DNA from: Candidatus Eutrophomonas brisbanensis | Lineage (GTDB): Bacteria; Pseudomonadota; Gammaproteobacteria; Burkholderiales; Eutrophovitaceae | Length of the DNA stretch: 64,000 nucleotides | Assembly: GCA_038141705.1 (NCBI GenBank) | Contig: JAYQIQ010000004.1 | Coordinates: 519,135 to 583,134 of the forward strand | Direction of reading: 5' to 3' | Shown here: positions 42,748 to 53,669 of the stretch, piece after piece | Numbering within the stretch: the stretch's first letter is position 1 | Layout: every line of letters begins with the position of its first letter | Position numbers and translations under genes: made by a program | The notes under the pieces: model-generated | What the model saw: only the letters and a program-made list of their open reading frames with translations | Database searches by the model: none | Told to the model about the DNA's origin: nothing

Positions 42748-44897
42748 CTCCTTCTCCAAGCGTTAGAGAGCTGTGGCCAGTACCAAGTGATCAGGGTTAG
42801 CAGCAAAAGAATAAGTGCAGTGTAGAATGCAACTCTGCTGGAGTAGCTGTTTGAGGTAACTCGCCGAATATTTTTTCCTGGTTGGCGCCTTTAGGTAAAT
42901 TGACCGGTACTCTGCGCTTCATCAAACGCTCTTTTACTCTAACTGGAGTCACGTCTACTGCTATAAGGCTAGAGTATTTCGTAACCAATGAATGCTCTAA
43001 GGCTATTTTTAGGACCGAATCTCTAATTTTTTCCTCGTCAACGCCGTAATAAAGCATATCCATGAGCTCTGAAATCTTTCTCCTCGCCCAAAGTTGTGAA
43101 ACACCACTTCCAGGATTACTAGAGCTGAGCGATAGCGGCTTAACCCACTGTTTACCATCGACCACACCACTAATTGTGATATCACCGATTAGCCGATCTG
43201 GAGTCTGGACTGCAACTACGACTGGATCTCCCAAGTACAGATCAGGAATCACATTAGGGGCTGCATCAGTGGTCATTCCATTTGGCCAACTAATTTGTAT
43301 ATCTGTGACGTAAGGATTTTCTAGTCGAGAGAAGAAGTCATTCATCTTGCTCTCGACATCATTGATAGAGGCTATATAAGTAAATGTCCCTCGACCAAGC
43401 TCAGCCGCTTTAGTCATGAAATAATCGTTGGGGGCTGATCCAATCCCGACAGTGAAGAGACGGTTATTTTTTAGGCGTTGGTTAATGATTGAGAAAAGCT
43501 GACTTTCATTTCCAATCCATGCATCCGTCATGAATACGACTTGCCTCAGACGCCCTGGAGTTGCATCCCTGCTTAAAGCCAAATCTAGAGCTGGAGCGAT
43601 TTCAGTGCCGTTATCTGCTTTAAGATTTTTTATATAGTTACAGGCAACTTTGAGGTTGGATGAGTTCGCTGGGAGCTCTTTATCGAATAGTGAGCTGGTG
43701 TAACTATTGAACTGGATGATGTTGAAGCGGTCACTTTTGTGAAGCCTCCTAACTGCCAAATTCAAAGCGTTCTTTGCTTGCTCCAATGATGTTCCCGACA
43801 TAGATCCCGAGGTATCGACTACAAAAACAACATCACGTGGCAACCGACTCAGCGTTTTATGTACTGTTTTTGGAGGAAATAACGTAATTAGTGCATAGTT
43901 CTTGTCGCCCTTCGTCTCCGTGAAAATACTGCTATTGGGCATATTTCCATCTGCAGCTGTCCACGACACTTCAAAGTCGCGATCAGCAGGAACAGTGGGC
44001 TCCATTAATGTGACTTCGTATACGTTGTCTGAGATTTTTGTTTTCTTAATGGCGTGATTAGTGGATCTAAGTTCCTCTATTGGGAATCCCGCGTCTACTC
44101 TTAGCTTGATGCTCACTGGATTGCGGAGTGGCTCGCCCTTAGCAATCACTAGTGGAGAGATCTCATACGCATCTTTTGCCACCTCTGGATCAATAGATGC
44201 TGACTCGATATTAGTATCGCCTCTCTGCATTGCTGGGATATAACGAGGACCGACAACCAACGGGAAACGCAAACCCACCAAACCATCTCTATAAATCAAC
44301 GTGTTTTGGTATTCGATCTCAACGATGATCGTTTCACCAGAGGCGATATTGGTTACACGTGACGTGAAGATATTTGGTCGTTGTTGCTCAATTAGACTAG
44401 CTTGCTTACCTTCTTTCGCAGCTTTCTCAAATTCCTTCTTGGCTTGCTCTCTCTCTTTTGATTTGACCTTCAATAACCCGCTCACCAATTCTCATTCGTA
44501 ACTTATCTACTGCGGAATTTTCTGGAAGCGGAAACACATAATTACCTTCCACCCAGTCTTGCGAATCGTTTTTAAAATGCTGAATTACTTTTGCTCGAGA
44601 AACTATTCCGGAGACGTTTAACTCAACTTCTGTATTAACCAAGGGAGCAGAGACATATTTGCCACCCGGCATCACCTTAATCAGGAGAGATCCACTCTCC
44701 ACACTGTTAACAGGATTGGGTTTCTCTGCCATGGCCTCGCCAGATAAAGCTGTGAGCCCCACAACGATCAGGGCTAGCGATAAGGAAATTACAATAGCCT
44801 TTGATACGACCAACATCAGACCTCTGATCGCATCTGAAAAAATATTAGGACCACGATGGGTAGCGCGATCTAGAGATACAGTTTCTACGGTGTTCAC
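42744..44897 (-). pseudogene. Sortase target protein: VIT + von Willebrand A domains with a C-terminal LPQTA sorting signal; two frameshifts
   Basis: Fragments 44427-44897 (VIT-like) and 42797-44488 (MIDAS motif DTSGSMSG) join at the T4 run 44456-44459. The listed C-terminus, ...GELPQTATPAELHSTLHLFFCC*, changes frame near 42825-42840 to give AFYTALILLLLTLITWYWPQLSNAWRRR*. That is motif + TM + basic tail, a classic sortase signal. GTG start at 44897 with AAGGGG upstream. Confidence 0.88.
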
Positions 44898-45125
44898 GTC
44901 TCAGCCCCTTAGTTTGTTAAAGAAAAACCAGTGAGTTACTAAGGGTGAATTAAAGACTTCTTTAATGAAAAGCTAAGTGGTAAGAAAAATGGCTTTTTTA
45001 TGGCGTCCTAAAGTTTGAACATACCCCTGAGAGGATAGATCGTTAACTAGTTAGGCATAAATGCCTTAGCAGATACAAAAAAGAGGATGCGCGGAGCTTA
45101 CTTTTTTATTTGATGACACACAATC

Positions 45126-46241
45126 CTAGGAGTCTCCCTGCTCAGGTGCCTCAATCCCTTCCGCGAAGATATTGTCTGCCGTATGAATCGTTCTCGTCGG
45201 GTATGCCATCTCCGCACCGCCGGCATCGATAATCTTGCTAATCTCAAAAAGCACGGTTTCCTTCACAGCATGATACTCCGTCCAAACCGTTGTCTTCGTA
45301 AACACGTAGATGAAAAAATTCACCGATGATTCTGCGAATTCATCTAAATTGACCATCATCGTTTGCGACTGATCCAAGTCGGGATTTTGTTTTAAATACG
45401 CCCGAACCGATTCGAGAATTTTTGGCAGTACCGAGATATCGTCATATCGGACACCAAAGGATTCGTTGATACGTCGATGTGACATCCTTGAAGGATTCTC
45501 GAGTGCGATCGTAGAGAACACCGCATTCGGAACATATAGCAATCGTTTATTAAAGGTTCGAATCGCAGTTCGTCTCCAACCGATATCTTCCACCACGCCT
45601 TCAATATCTCGATCGGGAGAGCGAATCCAGTCACCTACCGTAAAGGGACGATCAATGTAAATCGTAAATCCCCCAAAAACATTCGCCATGAGATCTTTCG
45701 CTGCCAAACCAACTGCAATACCGCCCACACCACCGAAAGCAAGTAATCCAGCGACATTAATCCCGAGCGTTTGCAAAACGATGAGTGACATCGTGATGAG
45801 AATCGTTACCCGAAATAACTTCCCCAACCCCTCAACAAGCGTTGTATCGACCTGTTCACCGCGCGCGATTTTTGATTCGGTGAAAAGGTTTTCATAAATT
45901 CGCACAAACCGAACTAGGAACCACGTCAGCATCCCGATGATGCCGAGATTACGGATCATGCCAACAGAATCAATGGTAAGCACCTCAGAATTATCGACAA
46001 CAACCTGAACCGCAAATGACAAACCAACGACCCATACAAGGCCGCGGCTTGGGCCGACTAATGAATCAAACAGCGCATCGTCAAGGATATTTTCTGTGCT
46101 CCGAGTTTTCTTACCAACTTTGATAATGAATCGACGTACAAATCCAGCGAGCAGCAAAGTTACGAGGACAATCCCAAAGACTTGTGTCATCCAAGGGAAA
46201 TCAGCTAGGAAAAATTTTTTGAGAGTCTCTATCGAGTCCAA
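45126..46241 (-). CDS. MscS-family mechanosensitive channel
   Basis: Multi-TM N-terminus plus the MscS core GGIAVGLAAKDLMANVFGGFTIYIDRPFTVGDWI. Confidence 0.9.
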   Translation of the reverse strand: MDSIETLKKFFLADFPWMTQVFGIVLVTLLLAGFVRRFIIKVGKKTRSTENILDDALFDSLVGPSRGLVWVVGLSFAVQVVVDNSEVLTIDSVGMIRNLGIIGMLTWFLVRFVRIYENLFTESKIARGEQVDTTLVEGLGKLFRVTILITMSLIVLQTLGINVAGLLAFGGVGGIAVGLAAKDLMANVFGGFTIYIDRPFTVGDWIRSPDRDIEGVVEDIGWRRTAIRTFNKRLLYVPNAVFSTIALENPSRMSHRRINESFGVRYDDISVLPKILESVRAYLKQNPDLDQSQTMMVNLDEFAESSVNFFIYVFTKTTVWTEYHAVKETVLFEISKIIDAGGAEMAYPTRTIHTADNIFAEGIEAPEQGDS

Positions 46242-46271
46242 ATCAGCACCTCGTATGTTTTAAGTCTCAGA

Positions 46272-46694
46272 TTACTTTTTAAAAAGCTGCGACATATCCG
46301 CGAACGCCTTAAATTCGAGCGCATTGCCACTCGGATCGCGTATAAACATCGTAGCCTGTTCTCCAGGCTTTCCTTCGAACCTGACGTGCGGTTCAATTAT
46401 AAACTCAACGTCAGATGATTTTAATTTTTCTGCAAGCGTATGCCACTGCTCCATCCCCAACACAATACCAAAATGACGAACCGGAACCGCGTCACCATCG
46501 ACTTCGTTCGCAGTAACATTCCCAGAATACCCTGGCTCCAAATGCGCGACGATCTGATGGCCGTAAAAATTAAAGTCCACCCAGTCATCAGCTGATCTTC
46601 CTTCGGTACAACCAAGCGTATCTAAATAAAAACGACGAGCATCCGACAAATCCCCAACTGGGAAAGCGAGATGAAATGGAGACAATGTCGACAC
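46272..46694 (-). CDS. VOC (glyoxalase/bleomycin-resistance/dioxygenase) family protein
   Basis: 140 aa; N-terminal [10 protein letters not shown] and paired beta-alpha-beta-beta-beta-like halves typical of VOC proteins. Confidence 0.7.
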   Translation of the reverse strand: MSTLSPFHLAFPVGDLSDARRFYLDTLGCTEGRSADDWVDFNFYGHQIVAHLEPGYSGNVTANEVDGDAVPVRHFGIVLGMEQWHTLAEKLKSSDVEFIIEPHVRFEGKPGEQATMFIRDPSGNALEFKAFADMSQLFKK

Positions 46695-46717
46695 GGCCTG
46701 ATCTACCTTTCTATGTG

Positions 46718-47481
46718 TTATGAGCTAGTACGCGCAAGATATGCATCGATATATGTTTGTACCCCTGACGCATTTTTATCAACCGATTCTTCAACGTGTT
46801 TTGAGTTTTGGTCGATGTACTTCAAAAATCCCTGAACGACGGGAATCGCCATCATCTTCTGAAATTTAAGCCCGGCACCCTCTCCCGCAAATTTTATCGC
46901 GTCACGCGTTCCCAAAATTTTTCTATTCTTAAAGGTTCGTACTTCCAGTACGCTTTGGATAACTCGTCAAAATCTGCTTCTGTACCCGATACCGACGGAT
47001 CGATTCGGCCACTTCGAGTGAAGGTATACGAAAACACCATGACTTCTGAAACGATTCGGATATGGAGTATCGCCCATTGCTCCTTTCCAGTTTCCGTCAT
47101 GAAGTGATTGGCGACATAATCGGATTCCTCGGCGCTCAAGTTGGATGCGATCTCACGTTCGAGAATATTAAAACACCAGGACGGATCGTTGATTTCCACA
47201 TCAACGATACGATTCGCATCGAGTAATAACTGTTCTTCGGCTGCCTTCCATTCCGGAGAATCGCTCCACTGCGCGACACCATTCGCACGCCCCAAATCGG
47301 ACAAGATCGCCCGCGCACGCTGAATCGCAGCTTGTCGCACTACGATTTTTCCTAAAGCAACCGGTATACCTGGGTCCATCATGCTGGAGAGTCGCGTCAC
47401 GGCGGCTTTATTCAGATCCTCTACTTCACCGGCGAGGGACCCCGACGACCCTAACAACGAAATACCCACCCAAAGATACAT
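46718..47481 (-). pseudogene. Hypothetical secreted/periplasmic protein; one frameshift
   Basis: ORFs 46894-47556 and 46718-46915 join as ...YEPLRIEKF|GTRDAIKFAGEG... at the C3/A4 runs 46911-46917. The likely start is MYLWVGISLLGSSGSLAG (signal peptide) at 47481. Confidence 0.5.
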
Positions 47482-47605
47482 AAAAACTCTAATCAAAACG
47501 CCCCCTCTACTACGCCCTACGGCTATTATTTTTATCGATTCAATAACTGCGTACAATTACGCATCGTAACTGAATTTTTTAACTTAGTTTATGGAGATTT
47601 CTGGG

Positions 47606-48364
47606 ATGTCGAATCAAGAAAAGGTGGTGATCGTAACAGGCGCGGGGAGTGGTATTGGTAAGGCTGTTGCGCTAGCTTTTTTAAAAACCAACCACCAGGT
47701 CGTGCTTGCAGGCAGAAGGGAAAGCGCACTTGAGGAAACCTTACAGGAATCAGGAGAGTTTGCAAAAAATGGACTCGCCATTTCAACGGATGTCGCCGAT
47801 CCCAATTCCGTTCGTAAACTCTTTGATACGACGAAACAAAAATTCGGAAGATTGGACGTTATTTTCAATAATGCAGGAGTCAACGCACCACCGGTCCTGC
47901 TCGAGGACCTAACCGATGAGCAATGGACGAATGTAGTCGATATCAACTTCAATGGAATGTTCTACTGCATCCGAGGAGCGTTCAGAATCATGAAAGATCA
48001 AAATCCGCGCGGAGGGAGAATTATCAACAATGGCTCCATCTCTGCACACGCGCCTCGCCCGAACTCAATTCCTTACACTGCAACCAAGCATGCGGTCACA
48101 GGCCTCACCAAAGCCGCATCACTTGATGGTAGAAAGTATGACATCGCGTGTGGCCAAATTGATATTGGTAACGCGCTGACTCCACTCGCTGCAAAAATGG
48201 CGAAGGGAGTACCACAAGCGGATGGGACCATTAAGGCTGAGTCGATGATGGATGTAGAAGAGGTCGCATCTGCCGTGCTTCACATGGCAGGGCTTCCACT
48301 GGAAACCAATGTTCAATTCATGACGATCATGGCAACCAAAATGCCATTTGTCGGGCGAGGTTAA
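47606..48364 (+). CDS. Short-chain dehydrogenase/reductase
   Basis: [11 protein letters not shown] (TGxxxGxG), NNAG, and YTATKHAV (YxxxK). Confidence 0.9.
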   Translation: MSNQEKVVIVTGAGSGIGKAVALAFLKTNHQVVLAGRRESALEETLQESGEFAKNGLAISTDVADPNSVRKLFDTTKQKFGRLDVIFNNAGVNAPPVLLEDLTDEQWTNVVDINFNGMFYCIRGAFRIMKDQNPRGGRIINNGSISAHAPRPNSIPYTATKHAVTGLTKAASLDGRKYDIACGQIDIGNALTPLAAKMAKGVPQADGTIKAESMMDVEEVASAVLHMAGLPLETNVQFMTIMATKMPFVGRG

Positions 48365-48371
48365 CGCCGCA

Positions 48372-49274
48372 ATGGGAGGGTTGTGGTGGCTTTGGATTCC
48401 CATTACTTTAGTCGCCGCAACCGCCCAAACCGTTAGGAACGCAACCCAACGCAAACTCCAAGTTGATATCGGAACACTCGGAGCGACACTCGTTCGCTTC
48501 ATCTACGCCATCCCGTTTGCAATTCTTTGGGTAGTTTTTCTACGTTACACCCAAATCCACTCGCCGATCACATTTTCATTTCAATTTTGTTATTGGCTAG
48601 CATTCGGTGCTATTGCTCAAGTAGCCGGCACCGCATTGATGCTCAAAGCGATGGAGCAACACAATTTTGCAATCGCGACCGCTTATATCAAAACTGAAAT
48701 CCTACAAGTCGCAATCTTTGGTCTCTTATTTCTAGGGGAGAGACTATCCCTTACAACAACGCTTGCGATTTTGATTGCGGGTATTTGCGTGTTTGCACTC
48801 TCGATTAGTCAAGTGAAGGACAAGCAACGCGAACCTATTCCTTTTCTCAAAAGTCCTGTTTTTTATGGCGTGAGCTCGGGTGCGTTTTTCGCGCTCTCTA
48901 CCGTTGGCTTCAAAGGAGCAACACTCTCGCTCGGGGGTTCCGTATTTTTCGCAGCTTCAGTTTCTGTCTTATCCGCACAAATTCTGCAGAGCATTCTGCT
49001 ATTTAGTTATCTCTATTTAAAAAACTCAGCGATCATTACGAATCTTTTATCCTCTTGGAGAACCTCCTCTCTCGTTGGCATTTCAGGAGCAGTCGCGTCG
49101 ATTGGGTGGTTTAGCGCGATGGCGATTGAGCCGATTGCACACGTTCGAACACTTGCGCTGATCGAAGTATTGATGGGCTACTTTATCTCTCGGGTTTTCT
49201 TCAAAGAGCAGCTAGGAAAAATTCAGATCCTAGCTTGTTGCATATTGACGATTAGCATTGGCCTCGTAACCTAG
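48372..49274 (+). CDS. DMT/EamA-like transporter
   Basis: About 300 aa with roughly 10 predicted TM segments in two similar halves. The start is trimmed to MGGLWWLW at 48372. Confidence 0.7.
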   Translation: MGGLWWLWIPITLVAATAQTVRNATQRKLQVDIGTLGATLVRFIYAIPFAILWVVFLRYTQIHSPITFSFQFCYWLAFGAIAQVAGTALMLKAMEQHNFAIATAYIKTEILQVAIFGLLFLGERLSLTTTLAILIAGICVFALSISQVKDKQREPIPFLKSPVFYGVSSGAFFALSTVGFKGATLSLGGSVFFAASVSVLSAQILQSILLFSYLYLKNSAIITNLLSSWRTSSLVGISGAVASIGWFSAMAIEPIAHVRTLALIEVLMGYFISRVFFKEQLGKIQILACCILTISIGLVT

Positions 49275-49314
49275 GCTCAAAAAGCTAACACGTCGTTGGG
49301 GCCATAAAAAGAGA

Positions 49315-49902
49315 CTACCGAATAGGTATGGAGCTATGAGGGCCAGCTTGCTGAATAATCGAGGAAGCCTCTGAGCGGATTTCCTCTGGCGTACGATTGG
49401 GGTCTCTTGCCCATTCAACGAGAGCGAGTACGTCCTCATCACGAACCATGGGGCGCCATTCTAATTTCGCATTTGGCCCATGACATCGAGAAAAACAATT
49501 ACTGGGACCCGCGATCGCCCAACGCGAACCGGTAGCAAACAACAACAAATACATCTCGTTGGCATCTTCGCGACTTACGCCTTCGAGCTGCGCAGCCTCG
49601 TAAAACATCATCTGTGATGCTTCCCACGGATGATGCTTACTCTTAGTCGCGAAATCATAGGACACCGATGACTTCAAAAAATTAGGATTGGGAGTCTCTT
49701 GAAAGCGATCCAAGAATAACCGTGGAAATGATCTTCCATCGATTACCGCCCCTTCCGGAATAATCCAGATTCGTCCATCGGACTGTTCATAGAAAAATTC
49801 TTTCGCTACTCGATATTTTCTAACGAAGTCCTCTTCCGTTTCTATAAGTTTTACGTCTCCACTAAACGTCATACCGGCTGCATAAATTACCCGATCCGGC
49901 AC
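49315..49902 (-). CDS. Hypothetical protein (possibly DUF1353-like); start uncertain (GTG 49902 or ATG 49872)
   Basis: 195 aa ORF. IDGRSFPRLF resembles the DG-S-P-R core I associate with DUF1353, but the match is weak. Confidence 0.4.
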   Translation of the reverse strand: MPDRVIYAAGMTFSGDVKLIETEEDFVRKYRVAKEFFYEQSDGRIWIIPEGAVIDGRSFPRLFLDRFQETPNPNFLKSSVSYDFATKSKHHPWEASQMMFYEAAQLEGVSREDANEMYLLLFATGSRWAIAGPSNCFSRCHGPNAKLEWRPMVRDEDVLALVEWARDPNRTPEEIRSEASSIIQQAGPHSSIPIR

Positions 49903-49956
49903 ACACTAAAACTAACGCAATAAAGATTCGAGAAAACATCAGAAAGTACCGAGTGA

Positions 49957-51621
49957 CTAAGACTTTAACGACTTAAATCGGATTCGCTTCGGTTTCGCCC
50001 CCTCTTCACCCAGCCGACGTTTTTTATCCGCCTCGTACTCTTGATAATTCCCTGGGAAAAACTCGACGTGAGACTCACCTTCGAATGCCAAGATATGGGT
50101 AGCGATTCGATCAAGGAACCAACGATCGTGTGAAATAACGAGAATCGTTCCTGCAAACTCCAGTAACGCATCTTCAAGAGCTCGTAGCGTTTCCACATCC
50201 AAATCATTCGATGGCTCATCAAGTAGTAAGACGTTACCGCCCGAAATCAAAGTTTTCGCTAAATGCAGTCGCCCACGCTCACCACCCGATAAATTGCCAA
50301 CGATTTTTTGTTGATCTGCGCCTTTAAAGTTAAATCTTCCAAGATATGCTCTAGACGGCATCTCGAACTTTCCAACATTCAAAATATCCAGACCCCCAGA
50401 AACCGCTTGCCAAACACTCTCGTTATCCGGTAACGCATCACGGGTTTGATCCACGGAGACCACATTCGCAGTAGAGCCAATAATCACCTCCCCCGCATCT
50501 GGAGTCTCCGCACCGGTAATCATCTTAAATAGCGTCGACTTCCCAGCTCCGTTCGGCCCAATCACACCGACAATCGCCCCTGGCGGAATATCCAACGATT
50601 AATTGTCGATCAACAACCTATCCGAGAACCCTTTGGATACACCGCGAAACTCAATCACCTTATCTCCGAGACGCTCAGCGACCGGGATAAAAATTTCCTG
50701 TGTTTCGTTTCTTTTTTGATAATCGTGTGACGATAATTCTTCAAAACGACTGAGCCTCGCCTTACTTTTCGCTTGACGAGCTTTGGGATTGGCTCGCACC
50801 CACTCAAGCTCTTTCTTCATCGTTCGCATTCTCGCGGACTCTTGCTTTTCCTCAAGCTCAAGACGCTTCTCTTTTTGCTCTAGCCACGATGAGTAGTTTC
50901 CTTTCCAAGGAATACCATGTCCTCTATCTAATTCTAAAATCCACTCCGCAGCGTTATCTAAGAAATATCGATCGTGCGTCACCGCAACCACCGTACCAGG
51001 GAATTGCTGTAAAAATTGCTCGATCCAATCAACACTTTCTGCGTCAAGATGGTTCGTTGGCTCATCCAGTAGCAACATGTCAGGCTTCGAGAGCAACAAT
51101 CGGCAAATAGCTACTCGCCGCTTCTCACCTCCAGATAAATGCTGCACCTTGGAATCCCAATCAGGCAAACGCAAAGCGTCCGCTGCAATCTCAAGTTGGA
51201 GCTCAACCTCTGAACCGGCTGCCGAGATGATCGCTTCGTCTTTCGCTTGCTCCTCAGCCAGCTTGTCAAAATCTGCATCTGGTTCGGCGTAAGCTGCGTA
51301 GATTTCATCGAGTTTCTTTTTTGCTTCGATAATATCTCCAAGCCCTTCCTCAACGACTTCGCGCACAGTTCTATCTGGATCCAACTGCGGCTCTTGTGGA
51401 AGATAGCCAACTCGAATATTCGGCATGGGCACTGCCTCGCCATCGTATTCCTTATCCACTCCCGCCATGATTTTAAGAAGACTCGATTTACCCGATCCAT
51501 TCAATCCGAGCACTCCGATTTTTGCGCCCGGGAAGAAAGACAAGGAAATATCTTTCAAAATTTCTCGCTTCGGTGGGACCACTTTCCCAACGCGCATCAT
51601 CGTGTAAACATACTGGGCCAT
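49957..51621 (-). pseudogene. ettA: ABC-F translational throttle EttA, interrupted by one in-frame TAA
   Basis: MAQYVYTMMRVGKVVPPKR... is colinear with E. coli EttA through both ABC domains. ORFs 50599-51621 and 49957-50595 are in the same frame. The codon at 50599-50601 is TAA where E. coli has Leu ([16 protein letters not shown] versus LLIDSLSFSIPKGAIVG). Confidence 0.93.
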
Positions 51622-51696
51622 TTACCAACCTTCCAACATCATTAAATATGGAGCTATTATAGAGTGACTAGCCCATAAAAATACGATGAGTCATTT

Positions 51697-52191
51697 CTAT
51701 CTATCGTTAATGTTTGCTTCAAAAATTTCTCGACTAATCCCTGCCTCACACACGCCAGTGAGCTCATAACTATTACCCACAAATCCGGAATTTTTTTTCT
51801 CCATACTCTGACGAAAACTCGAACTTGGTTCATAAGTTTTAGTTTGAGAGTACACATAAGTCTGGGTTTTACGATCGAGGCTCCAGTAACTTTCTGAAAT
51901 CATCTCCTCGTCTTCGACCGTCGATTGACAGAGGTAGGCATTTTGGCTTTCTTCACAATGGTCCAGCGTCAGGATCCACTCATCTTTTTGGTACATCGTG
52001 AAGAGCATTCCATTACTGATCATATAGACATTTTCCCTCACAGGGGTACCCGGACCGAGATCGCCAAGATTTCCAAACTGGTCAAACCAGACATTTTTAT
52101 TCACTTTTTGGAACTTGCAATTAAAAACCACCTCTTCCGCGAGCGCCAATGGTGTCGCGATCAAACAGAGCAGTATCGAGAGGAACTTCAT
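51697..52191 (-). CDS. Hypothetical secreted protein
   Basis: Signal peptide MKFLSILLCLIATPLALAEE. Five Cys remain after the signal peptide (six in the precursor). No family recognised. Confidence 0.55.
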   Translation of the reverse strand: MKFLSILLCLIATPLALAEEVVFNCKFQKVNKNVWFDQFGNLGDLGPGTPVRENVYMISNGMLFTMYQKDEWILTLDHCEESQNAYLCQSTVEDEEMISESYWSLDRKTQTYVYSQTKTYEPSSSFRQSMEKKNSGFVGNSYELTGVCEAGISREIFEANINDR

Positions 52192-52310
52192 TTTTATTTG
52201 CCAATCTTTTCCAAACCCAAAGAATAGCAAAAGCGACAGATGTGATTTGATTGACAGGAACTCCACTGCAATCAAACTTACCGCCGCCGAACCACGGTTA
52301 TCACATAGCG

Positions 52311-53652
52311 TTACGAGCGATACTCGGACTCCATCGCAAGTCTTGTTTTAATGGCAATGGAGTGCGCGTCATACTCAACATCATTCCAGGTCACTGGCTG
52401 CCCTTCAGGAACATCCGATTTGAGCTTGAGACTATGCGCCAAACCAAGTGGGAGTGCGCCCAACTTCAATGATTTCTCAGCAGGGGCTAATTTTCCGACA
52501 ACGGTATAACCACCCTCTCCGTCTAACACTTCACCGACTTTGAGATTGCGCTTCGCGACCGCGAGTACATCTGCTCTGAAAGCGTTCGGAGATCCCGTGG
52601 ACTCGCCGCGCAGCCCGACCGAGGCAACCGAAATACCAACCTCCAGACCAATCAAGTGCCAACGTTTGTATAAACACGCATACCGCCCCGAATCATCGGT
52701 TTTGACTCCGTACTCCTCGAAACAATGTTTGATGTAGTCGGTATCGCCTTCAAAAACGACCCACACTCCAAAACGAATGTCATAGGGAATCGGAACACCA
52801 TCGCTACTCAAAGACGAAATGACTTCAACTTGTCCCAGAGCTTTGAAGTACTCCACCTTCATTTTTCGGTCTCATGAGATTGGGTATTTCATCAATACTA
52901 CCGCTCGGGTAACTCAGACCATCTACTGGCGCAGTTAGGCCAGTCGCGTTACAAACCGCCGTGCTTTCGATTGCCGGTTTTGACCCATCCAAAAAAGAAT
53001 TAAACATCTTGGGGTTTAACCCTCCCCGATCCGCTTGCTCTTGCGTTAAGCCGTAATACCCCCAGACCGTTTCGGGTGTGGACTGCGCAAAGTGCGGCAA
53101 CCATTTATGGCCTCGCCCTGCGGCAACGACATTAAAACCAGACGCTCGCGCCCAATCCACGAGGTCACATATGAGTGCTGGCTGATCCCCATACGCCAAA
53201 CTGTAGATCACATTTTTTTGCTGAGCGGCCGTCGCAAGTGCTGGGCCACATAGCGCATCGGCCTCAACCGTGACATTCACTACATGTTTTCCGTGATCAA
53301 TTGCAGCCAGAATATGCTCGACCGCAGCAGGTGGATTTCCTGTTGCTTCAATCACAATATCGACTTCACCTGCCGACACCACTTGCATCCAGTTATCCGT
53401 TAACCATGTCCTTCCCGATTTCAACGCGTCAGCGATAGAACTTGCGCGATATCGATTTTCATCCCAACCGATGCGCTCGAGATTTTTAATCGCATTTGAT
53501 GGATTGATATCAGCGATTGCAACAACATGGACACCTGGCGTTTTCGGTACCTGAGCGAGATACATCGATGCAAATTTTCCGGCTCCAATCAAACCCACAC
53601 GAATTGGATTTTTCTGGGCAGCACGCTGCTGCAACTTACTAAAGAGATTCAT
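52311..53652 (-). pseudogene. NAD(P)-binding oxidoreductase with C-terminal SAF domain (homoserine-dehydrogenase-like, COG4091 type); one frameshift
   Basis: IRVGLIGAGKFASMY Rossmann N-terminus. Fragments 52825-53652 and 52311-52862 join near 52835-52855 (...NEGGVL|KALGQVEVISS...). The C-terminal region looks SAF-like. Confidence 0.7.
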
Positions 53653-53669
53653 TCCTAATCCTTACCCAT

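Noticed and set aside
44898-45125. A possible tRNA or small RNA gene in the 228-nt mscS / sortase-target spacer and in other spacers longer than 140 nt (33796-33952, 37462-37604, 55210-55436, 55877-56031)
   Set aside because: I could not fold any cloverleaf with conserved T-loop or D-loop features. Only short hairpins and palindromes were seen, and these are reported separately where they sit at plausible regulatory positions.
50596-50604. Programmed stop-codon readthrough or recoding in ettA, and programmed frameshifting at the other breaks
   Set aside because: No slippery heptamer plus stimulatory structure is evident at the sites, and none of these families is known to use recoding. The breaks are too numerous and too heterogeneous.
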